Positions 40,352 to 49,100 of a DNA stretch of 64,000 bases are shown piece by piece. Position 1 is the stretch's first letter. Every line of letters begins with the position of its first letter. The translations under genes were made by a program, and so were the position numbers. Origin of the DNA: a bacterium (GTDB lineage: Bacteria; Zhuqueibacterota; Zhuqueibacteria; Residuimicrobiales; Krinioviventaceae); contig CAXXMD010000003.1 of the NCBI GenBank assembly GCA_963675755.2, forward strand, positions 2,560,001 through 2,624,000. The letters run 5' to 3'. The notes beneath the pieces were generated by a model. The model was not told where the DNA came from, made no database searches, and worked only from the letters and a program-made list of their open reading frames with translations.

Positions 40352-41506
40352 CTATTTCAGCATATTGGTTATCAGTTCAACTATATCACCTTTTTCCACT
40401 TTGCGGGGATTTAAAGGACAGCAGGGATCTTTGAGTGCATATTCTTCAATTGCCTGAGCTTTATCCAGTGGTACATTCAGTGGTTTCAGGTCAGTTGGCA
40501 TTTCCAATGAGATCAGCCAATTTTTGATTGCTTCGAGCACGGCATATGCGTCTTTGTCTGTATTTAACATGGTACCCAGAGAAGCGAGTTTTTTATTTAC
40601 TTGCGGATCTGATGCATTGAATTTCATAACCTCAAGTAACACAGCTGCATTAGCAAGTCCGTGGTGCGCATCAAACATCACTCCCAGTGCATGCGCAATA
40701 GAGTGGTTTAATCCCAGTCCTTTTTGAAACGCTGTGGCGCCCATAGCAGAAGCCATCAGCATGTTACCGCGTGCAGCAATGTCATTTCCATCTTTGACTG
40801 CAACGGGCAAGTGATTGATACACATTTCCAAGCCTTCTTTGGCAATACCATCAGCAAAGGGATGATAAACATCCATTATGTATGCTTCAAGGTTGTGCAC
40901 AAATGCATCAACACCCGTAGCGGCAGTAAGCCATGCCGGCATGGATACTGTCAACTCTGGATCCAGTACTGCAATGTCTGGCATGAGGTAAGGGGAAAAG
41001 ATGATTGTTTTGGTATTGTTTTTCAATATGGTGATAACGCTGCTACGGCCCACTTCGCTGCCAGTGCCTGCGGTTGTGGGAACAGCGTAAAATGGAGGCA
41101 TATTGTTTTGGATGTATTTGTCTCCACCTTTCATGTCATCATATTTTTCAAGTGGACCATCATGAGTAGCCATACATTTGATGGTTTTGGCTGCATCGAT
41201 AGGTGAGCCGCCACCCAAGCCTACTATGAATTCAGCACCACAGGATTTATAAACCTCTGCACCTTTGTAAACATTTTCATCAGTGGGATTTGATTTAACA
41301 TCACTGAAAACTTCTATTTCAATGCCGGCAGCTTTGAACAGCTCTACAAGCTTTGCCGGGGTTCCTACTTTTTCAATACCTTTGTCTGTTACCAGTAGTC
41401 CTTTTTTTACGCCAGTAGCCTTTATTGTGTTAACCATATCTTTGACGGCACCCGGGCCGTATTCAATTTTGGTTGGAAAATTATATGTATGTCTTGATGT
41501 TGGCAT
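40352..41506 (-). CDS. Iron-containing alcohol dehydrogenase
   Basis: GGGSPID, PTTAGTGSE, DAFVH, HSIAH and HHGLAN. Confidence 0.93.
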   Translation of the reverse strand: MPTSRHTYNFPTKIEYGPGAVKDMVNTIKATGVKKGLLVTDKGIEKVGTPAKLVELFKAAGIEIEVFSDVKSNPTDENVYKGAEVYKSCGAEFIVGLGGGSPIDAAKTIKCMATHDGPLEKYDDMKGGDKYIQNNMPPFYAVPTTAGTGSEVGRSSVITILKNNTKTIIFSPYLMPDIAVLDPELTVSMPAWLTAATGVDAFVHNLEAYIMDVYHPFADGIAKEGLEMCINHLPVAVKDGNDIAARGNMLMASAMGATAFQKGLGLNHSIAHALGVMFDAHHGLANAAVLLEVMKFNASDPQVNKKLASLGTMLNTDKDAYAVLEAIKNWLISLEMPTDLKPLNVPLDKAQAIEEYALKDPCCPLNPRKVEKGDIVELITNMLK

Positions 41507-41557
41507 TTTTCAACTCCTGTAAAAAAATTATGGTTATATAAAAATAAATAACTAAAA

Positions 41558-42946
41558 TCAGACTTTGACGCGCAGATGAAAAGATTTAGGACGGGTCAAA
41601 TGTTCGTAACCCAGCTGTGACAAGGTGCATCCACGTCCTGTATCTTTAACGCCTACCCATGGAAGATAGGGATCCAGGTAATCGCATCGATTCATAAAAA
41701 ATGTACCGGTATCTACACGGTCTCCAAGTTCAAGGGCTCTGTCTTCATCCTGGGTCCAGATAGATGCAGTTAATCCGTATGGGCTGTCGTTCATCAGTTC
41801 CAAAGCTTCTTTATCGCTCTTTACTTTCATGATGCCAACAACAGGGCCAAAGCTTTCTTCTACCATAACATCCATGGTGTGATTCACATTTACAAGTACC
41901 TGAGGTGCAAGATAGTTGGTACCCAGTTCTGTTTCGGGAAAAAGGGCGGGATCTATTAATGCTTTGGCACCGGCTTTTACGGCTGCGTCAATATGGCTAC
42001 GTACCAGGTCTGCACCGCTTTTTTTAGCAACCGGCCCCAGTGTTGTTTCTGAATCCAGAGGATTACCCAATTTGTATTGTTTGGTTAATTCTGCAAATTG
42101 TTCTATAAAGTCATCGTATAATGTTTCATGAACGTAAATACGTTCAATGCCGCAGCAGGATTGGCCTGAATTGTAAAAAGAACCATCAACCAGATTCTCT
42201 ACGGAAAATTTTAAATTGGCATCTGCAGCAACATAAGCGGGATCTTTACCGCCTAATTCTAATCCTACTCCTACAAAACGTTCAGCAACTACTTTTTGGA
42301 TGTTGTGACCGCCACCAACTGAACCGGTAAACGCAACAAAATCCACTCTTGGGTCACGTATAACCTGTGCGGTAGATTCATGATTCAGGTGCAGGAATTG
42401 GAATAATCCTTCGGGCAAACCGGCTTTTTTGAATGCGTCTGCGAATCGTTCTGCAACCAGTGGAGTTTGTGCAGAATGCTTTAATACAATAGAATTTCCG
42501 GCTAAAAGACCGGGAACAATTGAATTGACAGCAATCAGGTATGGATAGTTCCAGGCAGGAACAACAAAAACGGTTCCCAGTGGTTCATGACGAATAAAAC
42601 GGTTAAAGCCCTCTTTTTCGCCAACAAAGATATCTGCCAGAGATTTTTGGGCCAGATCAAGCATGCCCAATGTGCGTTCTTTGGTGCCGTTCACTTCGTT
42701 GACACCATAGCGTATGGGTCTTCCCATTTGCCATGCAAGTTCTGTACTGATACGTTCGGTATCCTCTACAAAAGCGTTGATAAATTTTTCAATATATGAT
42801 TTTCTTTCAGTCAGTGATAAAAGTTTCCATTCTTTTTGAGCTTTTTTAGCTTTATCCAGCGTTTGGTCAATATCTTGAGGGCCATGTTGTGCACATTCCA
42901 CATACACTTTACCATCAACTGGTGAGATGACTTGAATAGCCTGCAT
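41558..42946 (-). CDS. NAD(P)-dependent aldehyde dehydrogenase
   Basis: PAWNYP, FTGS, LELGGKDP, GQSCC and EESFGP. Confidence 0.93.
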   Translation of the reverse strand: MQAIQVISPVDGKVYVECAQHGPQDIDQTLDKAKKAQKEWKLLSLTERKSYIEKFINAFVEDTERISTELAWQMGRPIRYGVNEVNGTKERTLGMLDLAQKSLADIFVGEKEGFNRFIRHEPLGTVFVVPAWNYPYLIAVNSIVPGLLAGNSIVLKHSAQTPLVAERFADAFKKAGLPEGLFQFLHLNHESTAQVIRDPRVDFVAFTGSVGGGHNIQKVVAERFVGVGLELGGKDPAYVAADANLKFSVENLVDGSFYNSGQSCCGIERIYVHETLYDDFIEQFAELTKQYKLGNPLDSETTLGPVAKKSGADLVRSHIDAAVKAGAKALIDPALFPETELGTNYLAPQVLVNVNHTMDVMVEESFGPVVGIMKVKSDKEALELMNDSPYGLTASIWTQDEDRALELGDRVDTGTFFMNRCDYLDPYLPWVGVKDTGRGCTLSQLGYEHLTRPKSFHLRVKV

Positions 42947-43102
42947 ATTCTTCTCCTTGTAAAAAAAAATAATAAAGATATAAATTACTAATGGCTGAAA
43001 AAATAAATCTTGTTGCTGTACGGGGTCTGGAATAATGAAATTAATTAGATTTCAAGATTTGGTTCCGGAAGTGCTTTTTTCTATTATCCGGAGATATTGT
43101 GC

Positions 43103-43139
43103 ATAATATAATATTTGAATATAAATGACAAGTTTGTCA
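43103..43139 (-). promoter_or_regulatory. sigma70 promoter of the ALDH operon with a palindrome over the -35 element
   Basis: Minus strand TTGTCA (43126-43131), 17 nt, TATTAT (43103-43108); palindrome TGACAA-GT-TTGTCA at 43126-43139. Confidence 0.55.
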
Positions 43140-43173
43140 ATATCAAGCATTTCTTTATGGTAATAATATTTTC

Positions 43174-43201
43174 TTAACAATTTTTTAACAATTTCTTAAT
43201 A
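43174..43201. repeat. Three direct repeats TTAACA/TTAACA/TTAATA at 11-bp spacing (Pho-box / OmpR-family-like site)
   Basis: Repeats start at 43174, 43185 and 43196. Confidence 0.5.
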
Positions 43202-43216
43202 TTGGCTAAATCTTGA

Positions 43217-44953
43217 TTATTCGTTAATCTTTTTTTTATTGTATCCGGGTTTTCGTTTAGCGGAGCCAGATTTGGTTGTAAGAATGTTTTTTTGTCTTTC
43301 TTTATCCCGAATGTCTTTTGTGATTTTTAATTTTTCACCGGTAAAGGGGTTGATTTCTGTATAGTACATAAGCGTGGACCAGGTTGACGGGGTAGGAGTG
43401 AAGACCTGGACCTGCTCTGGTGCAATGGAAAGGGTCTTTGACGCGTAATGTTTCAACTCGTGCATTTCTTTATCTGTACAGCCAGGATGTGCCGCTATAA
43501 AATAATAGGTAAGGAACTGGTTTTTACCTGCTGATTTTGAGTGCTTTTCAAATTCTTTTTTAAAGCTTTCAAGCGTATATGTACCCGGTTTGCCCATGAG
43601 TTTTAACACCCGGTCATTCGTGTGTTCAGGAGCAATTTTTAATTGTCCCGATGTATGATGACAGGCAACTTCGTGCAAGTATTCGCTGCCGTATTTTTCA
43701 TCATCCAATACCAGGTCATATCGAATGCCGGATGCTACAAAAACTTTGTTTACTCCATTGATCTTGCGTAATGATTTTAGCAGATCAATAGCGGGTTTAT
43801 GTGTGGGTTTTAATGTTTTACAAGTTGTGGGGAAAATACAACGTTTGTCTGAGCAAACTCCGGATTTTAGTTTCTTTGCGCATTCAAATCCATACATGTT
43901 GGCCGTGGGGCCACCTGCGTCAGAAATGATGCCTTTGAAACGTGGATGTTGAGTAAAATTTTTTGCTTCGTTGATGATAGATTCCGGACTGCGGCTGATC
44001 ACCGTACGTCCCTGGTGCACGGCAATAGCACAGAAATTACATTCTCCGTAACATCCCCGATGCGTGGGAATTGAAAAACGTATGGTGTCAAGAGCACGGA
44101 TTTTGCCTGATTTCGCTTCTGCGGGGTGAGGTTCGCGTTCATATCCCAGTTCGTGAACCGCATCCAGTTCGGAAGTATTCATGTGCGGTTGGGGAGGATT
44201 CTGGACCAGGTATCTGTCACCGGTTTTCTGGAGCAAACCCTTTGCGGTCAATGGGTCCATGTTTTGATAAAATGTTTGAAACATATTGATGAATGCTGAT
44301 TTGTCATCTTTGCATTGCTCAAAAGCTGGCAGTTGCAGGTATCCTGAAACCGGTTCTTTCGAAATGTAACATAATCCTTTTATGTTATCTGCGGATTGAT
44401 TTTGTTGAAGTGCTTTAGCAAATTCTAACACGGCTTGTTCTGCCATACCATATAATAAATAATCTGCTTTAGCGTCAAACAGGATAGGTCTGCGTATTGA
44501 ATTGGACCAGTAATCGTAATGCGCTATACGACGCAGACTGGCTTCAATTCCACCTAAAACTATGGGAACTGTGTTTTTAAAATAACGGCGCACAAGGTTT
44601 GAATAGGCTATGACTGCCCGGTCTGGTCTTTTGTTGTTGATGCCGCCGGGGGTATAATCATCCTGCTGACGACGTTTTTTTGTTGCTGTATAATTCGCCA
44701 CCATAGAATCTACACTGCCGCCGCTGATTCCCCAAAACAGTTCAGGTTCGCCCAAACGGGTTATATCGTCAGGAGATTGAATGTCCGGTTGCGCAATAAT
44801 GCCCACCCGAAATCCGTGCTTAACCAGCCACTTGCCAATGACGGCAATGCCTATAAAAGGACTGTCGATATAACTGTCACCGCTGATCAGTATCACATCA
44901 AGCTTTTTCCAGCCCAATGCAAGCGCTTCTTTTTTTGTCATAGGTAAAAACAT
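43217..44953 (-). CDS. YgiQ/UPF0313 family radical SAM protein
   Basis: MFLPMT start (ATG 44953), GDSYID, DSMVANYT, GGIEASLRR, CYGECNFC (CxxxCxxC) and GGPTANMY. Confidence 0.92.
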   Translation of the reverse strand: MFLPMTKKEALALGWKKLDVILISGDSYIDSPFIGIAVIGKWLVKHGFRVGIIAQPDIQSPDDITRLGEPELFWGISGGSVDSMVANYTATKKRRQQDDYTPGGINNKRPDRAVIAYSNLVRRYFKNTVPIVLGGIEASLRRIAHYDYWSNSIRRPILFDAKADYLLYGMAEQAVLEFAKALQQNQSADNIKGLCYISKEPVSGYLQLPAFEQCKDDKSAFINMFQTFYQNMDPLTAKGLLQKTGDRYLVQNPPQPHMNTSELDAVHELGYEREPHPAEAKSGKIRALDTIRFSIPTHRGCYGECNFCAIAVHQGRTVISRSPESIINEAKNFTQHPRFKGIISDAGGPTANMYGFECAKKLKSGVCSDKRCIFPTTCKTLKPTHKPAIDLLKSLRKINGVNKVFVASGIRYDLVLDDEKYGSEYLHEVACHHTSGQLKIAPEHTNDRVLKLMGKPGTYTLESFKKEFEKHSKSAGKNQFLTYYFIAAHPGCTDKEMHELKHYASKTLSIAPEQVQVFTPTPSTWSTLMYYTEINPFTGEKLKITKDIRDKERQKNILTTKSGSAKRKPGYNKKKINE

Positions 44954-45096
44954 GGTATAATATACGCAATTGATGGTTAAAATGGGAATGAAAAACATAT
45001 TGAAAATCTGTTCTGACGTATGAAACAAATGCTGTAAATTGTAATTGATTAATTATCTTTTACTCGATATATTTGAGAAATATTAAGGAGATTTTT

Positions 45097-45597
45097 ATGT
45101 ATTCAAATCTATCAGATTTTATTACCGATTGGAAAGCAGAAGCTTCATTTACTTTGAAAATTTTTGAAGCAATTCCTGACGAGTTAATCTTGACAACTGT
45201 TTCTGATAATGTTCGGAGTTTGGGACGTTTGGCGTGGCACATTACCCAGACATTGACAGAGATGCCACACAAAGCCGGTGTGGTAGATGAAGACAATCTT
45301 GATAACCTGCCTATACCGGAATCTTTTGCCAAGATTTCTGATATTTATGCTCTGTACAGCGAGGCATTAATAAAAAATCTTGAACAAAAATGGTCTGGAA
45401 CAGACCTGACCGAATCAATTGAGATTTATGGACAACAATGGGAAAAACGTAAATTGTTATCTGTTTTAATAACACACCAGATCCATCACCGGGCGCAAAT
45501 GACCATTGTTATGCGTTTATTGGAATTAAATGTACCGGGTATTTACGGTCCCTCAAAAGAAGAGTGGGGTCAATTTGGAATGGAAGCTCAAGACTAG
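45097..45597 (+). CDS. DinB family protein
   Basis: Start ATG 45097 after AGGAG; RSLGRLAWHI and HQIHHRAQ...VPGIYGPS. Confidence 0.88.
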   Translation: MYSNLSDFITDWKAEASFTLKIFEAIPDELILTTVSDNVRSLGRLAWHITQTLTEMPHKAGVVDEDNLDNLPIPESFAKISDIYALYSEALIKNLEQKWSGTDLTESIEIYGQQWEKRKLLSVLITHQIHHRAQMTIVMRLLELNVPGIYGPSKEEWGQFGMEAQD

Positions 45598-45627
45598 TTT
45601 TTTATAAAAAATTTTCAGGGTATAAAT

Positions 45628-45662
45628 AAAAAAAACGGCACAAGGCTGAATTTGTGCCGTTT
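45628..45662. terminator. Bidirectional terminator between the DinB-family and YjfB-like genes
   Basis: A8-CGGCACAA-loop-TTGTGCCG-TTT. Confidence 0.7.
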
Positions 45663-45724
45663 AGGTCATTGTTTTTGGGAAACATGACTATATGTGAGCA
45701 GTTCTTGTTGGTCTTATTTTGATG

Positions 45725-45919
45725 CTATGCGTATGTATCTACATGACCATTGTTAATGACCTCGTTTGTCTGTTCGATCATTTTTACCAAAGAGTTACCT
45801 TGACGTTCACCCTGGTCTTTGATCTCTTTTAATACAGACATTGAGATTTGATCTCTTACATCAGCAGCTTTCAGGTCAGTTGCATAGCTGGCCAAATATG
45901 TAGTATTTGTTACGTTCAT
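45725..45919 (-). CDS. YjfB-like putative motility protein
   Basis: 64 aa; ISMSVLK...Q...LVKMI...GHVDTYA pattern; sigma28 promoter immediately upstream. Confidence 0.7.
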   Translation of the reverse strand: MNVTNTTYLASYATDLKAADVRDQISMSVLKEIKDQGERQGNSLVKMIEQTNEVINNGHVDTYA

Positions 45920-45926
45920 ACCTTAT

Positions 45927-45953
45927 TTATCGGGGAATCATTTCAAAACTTTA
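45927..45953 (-). promoter_or_regulatory. sigma28 (FliA) promoter
   Basis: Minus strand TAAAGTTT-N11-CCCGATAA, one mismatch to consensus; 7 nt before the ATG. Confidence 0.8.
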
Positions 45954-46076
45954 GTTTTTTTTATAAAAAATCAAATTATTTTCACTTTTTTTAATTTTTT
46001 TTATATGATCTCTTTATGTTTTTAATGTGCTGTTTTTTAAGTGAATAAGTGCTATAATTCAGGTTTAAACGGATCG

Positions 46077-46121
46077 TGGTATTAATATTGCTAATATTTT
46101 TTAAATGCGAATATTAGCAAT
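46077..46121 (+). promoter_or_regulatory. sigma54-type -24/-12 promoter overlapped by a 12-bp inverted repeat
   Basis: TGGTATTAATATTGCT (GG-N10-GC) at 46077-46092; ATTGCTAATATT (46087-46098) pairs with AATATTAGCAAT (46110-46121). Confidence 0.55.
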
Positions 46122-46170
46122 TGTGTAATATTTGTATTGATGCAGTATAGTAGGAGTTTGTAGTACCGGA

Positions 46171-49100
46171 ATGACAAAAAAAATGAAAAAGAATGCAAAT
46201 AATTTAGATGCAAAGCGTCTTCAACTTGCTCTTGAAGCAGCCAATGGAGCCGCTTTTTATTATGATTTAGTAAATGACATCGTTGAATGGGATGATGCCA
46301 ATTTTGAATTATTTGGTTACGATAAAGATAATTTTACCGGTACACGGGAAGTATGGGTAAAGAGGATCCACCCGGATGATTTGTCTGTTGCTGTGAATGC
46401 GATGGATGAAGCCTTTGCAGATAAAGATAGAGAAAGTTTTAATATCGAATATCGTATTGTTCGTCCTGATGGAGATATACGTTATATCAATGCCAGGGCC
46501 TGGGTTGATAGGGCTGTAAATGGAAAACCCCTTTCTTTTGCAGGAATCCATTTTGATATTACAGAACAAAAACTTGCCGAAATTGAATTAAAAGAATCTG
46601 AAAATAAATATCGTTTGCTCTATGAAGGTTTAAAAGATGCTGTATTATTAATTGATAAAGATGGCTATTTTGATTTTAATTCAGCTGCCTGCGAGATGTT
46701 TGGGTATACAGCTGAAGAAATGAAAAAACTGCACATGCGTGATCTCGCTCCGGAAGGGTATAATGAAATTCCCGAATATCTTTCATTGCAAAGACAAAAT
46801 TATACCAGAACACTTGAGGAGGGGCCGCAACAATTTGAATGGATACATAGACGGAAAAATGGTGAGCTTTTTGAAGTTGAAGTAGTTACCCGAATGGTTG
46901 AATTGAATGGCAGAATGATAATGCAGGGAGTTATTCGGGATGTTTCTAATCATAAGAAATTACAAAGAGACCTATTAAAAAGTCAGGCAGATCATCGTAG
47001 GGCTCAGGAAATTGCCAGGTTCGGACATTGGCTTTTTGATGTTGAGACTGAAATTTTTACAGGTTCGAAAGAGGCTTTGAGGCATTACCAGTTAAAGAAT
47101 AAAAGTGCCTCATTATATGAAATTGCAGAAAAGATTGATCCCGGTTTTCGCATAATGGTATATCGCCAATTTAATGATTGTATTAATTTAGGAAAGCGGT
47201 TCAATCACGATTTTCAAATCATTCTTGAAGATAATAGCAGAATGTGGATCAATTCCGTTGCATATCCGGAACTGGATGCTCAGGGAAATGTTGTGAAAAT
47301 TGTGGGCACCACAATGGATATTACCAAACGCAAGGAGACAGAACTTGCCCTTGAAGAGCATTCCCATTTTGAACGTATCATAAATCGTCTTTCATCCAAT
47401 TTGGTTGAACTGAAAGATCTCGATGAAAAGATCGAGAATATTTTGGGTATTATTGGAGAGTTTGCCAAAGTCGATTGGGCTTATGTTTATTTAATGAGTG
47501 ATGATGGCGTGTATATTGAAAATACTCATGACTGGAGATCTGAGATACTTGAAGGAACCTCAAATGCCTATAAACGCGTAAATCCTGGTAAAGATTTGCC
47601 CTGGTTTTGGTCTCTGATCAAAACGGGGGAAACTGTTCATCTACCTTCATTCGATTCCTTACCTGAAAGAGCACGTCCTGAAAAAGAAATCTGGAGCTCT
47701 CAAAATTTAAAGTCATTATTAGCTATACCTATGTTCAATAACCACAGGTTGGTAGGATTATTGGGCTTTGCTACCGTAAAGAAACAAAAGGCCTGGAACG
47801 ATAATGTGATTTCATTATTGAAAATTACCGGAGAAACCTTTGGCCGAGCTTTGGAGCAAAAGCGTATGTATGATTCTCTCCGCAGAAGTGAAGAACGTTT
47901 CAGAAAATTAATTAAAGATTCTCCGGTGGCAATGGTTGTTAGCGATTCCAATATGTTTGTTATGGATGTAAACAGTCAGTTTGAAGAATTGACAGGTTAT
48001 AACCGCAGAGACTTGTCACATGAAAAGATCTGGTGGGATCTCCTGGTTCCCAATCCGCAATACAGATTCCATATTAAGCAATGGTGGGATAAAATTATCA
48101 ATGATGCCATTGATAACAAAAATTCTGTAACAGAACCTATTGAGGTGGTTTTTACTTGTAAAGATGGTTCTAAAAAAGATATTTTAATAAACATGGCATT
48201 TACGGGTGATCTTAAATTAATTGTACTTCAAGATTATACCAAACAAAGACAGGGCGAAGCACTTTTGCAGGCCCAGCGTGATCTGGCTATTGCGCTTGGG
48301 CAAAGTGTAGGCCTGGAAGAAACGCTTCAAGTTTGTACCGAAGCGGCAATTAATAGTTCGTTTATGGATTGCGGTGGTGTGTATCTTGTTAATCCTGTTA
48401 ACAAGGGGTTGGATTTAAAATACCATATAGGTTTATCAACACTATTTTCTGATAAAACAGTCCACTTTGAAAAAAACTCTTCAAATGTTAGTGTAGTAAT
48501 GAAAGGGGAGCCTGTTTACACAAGTTATGAAAAATTATCAACAGATTTGAACATAAAACTTGATTGTGAAGGTTTAAAAGCAATAGCCAAGTTGCCTATC
48601 AAATACAAGGATCAGGTTATTGGGTGTATGAATGTGGCTTCTCATTTGCTTGAAGATGTGCCGGATTATTCAAAATTAATTCTTGAAACCATTGCAAGTC
48701 AAATGGGTCAGGCGATAATGCGTGAACATGCATTGGATGTACAAAGAGAACGTGAAGAAAATCTTGCAATGTTTTTTGAATCTGTTAATGATTTCTTGTT
48801 TGTATTGGATGAGCGAGCATCTATACTGCAAATAAATCCTGCGGTTACTCAACATTTGGGATATAAAGAACAGGATTTGGTAGGAGAAACTATTTTATCG
48901 CTTCATCCTGAGGAATTAAAAAGTATTGCTTCTGAAATCATTCTGGATATTTTATCAAAAAAACGTTTCTTGTATGACATTCCATTGTTAACAAAAGCCG
49001 GAAAAGAGATACCTGTTGAAACCAAAGTTACTACTGGTCAATGGAATGGGAAAACGGCTTTCTTTTGTATCAGTCGTGATGTTACCGAAAGAAAACGTGC

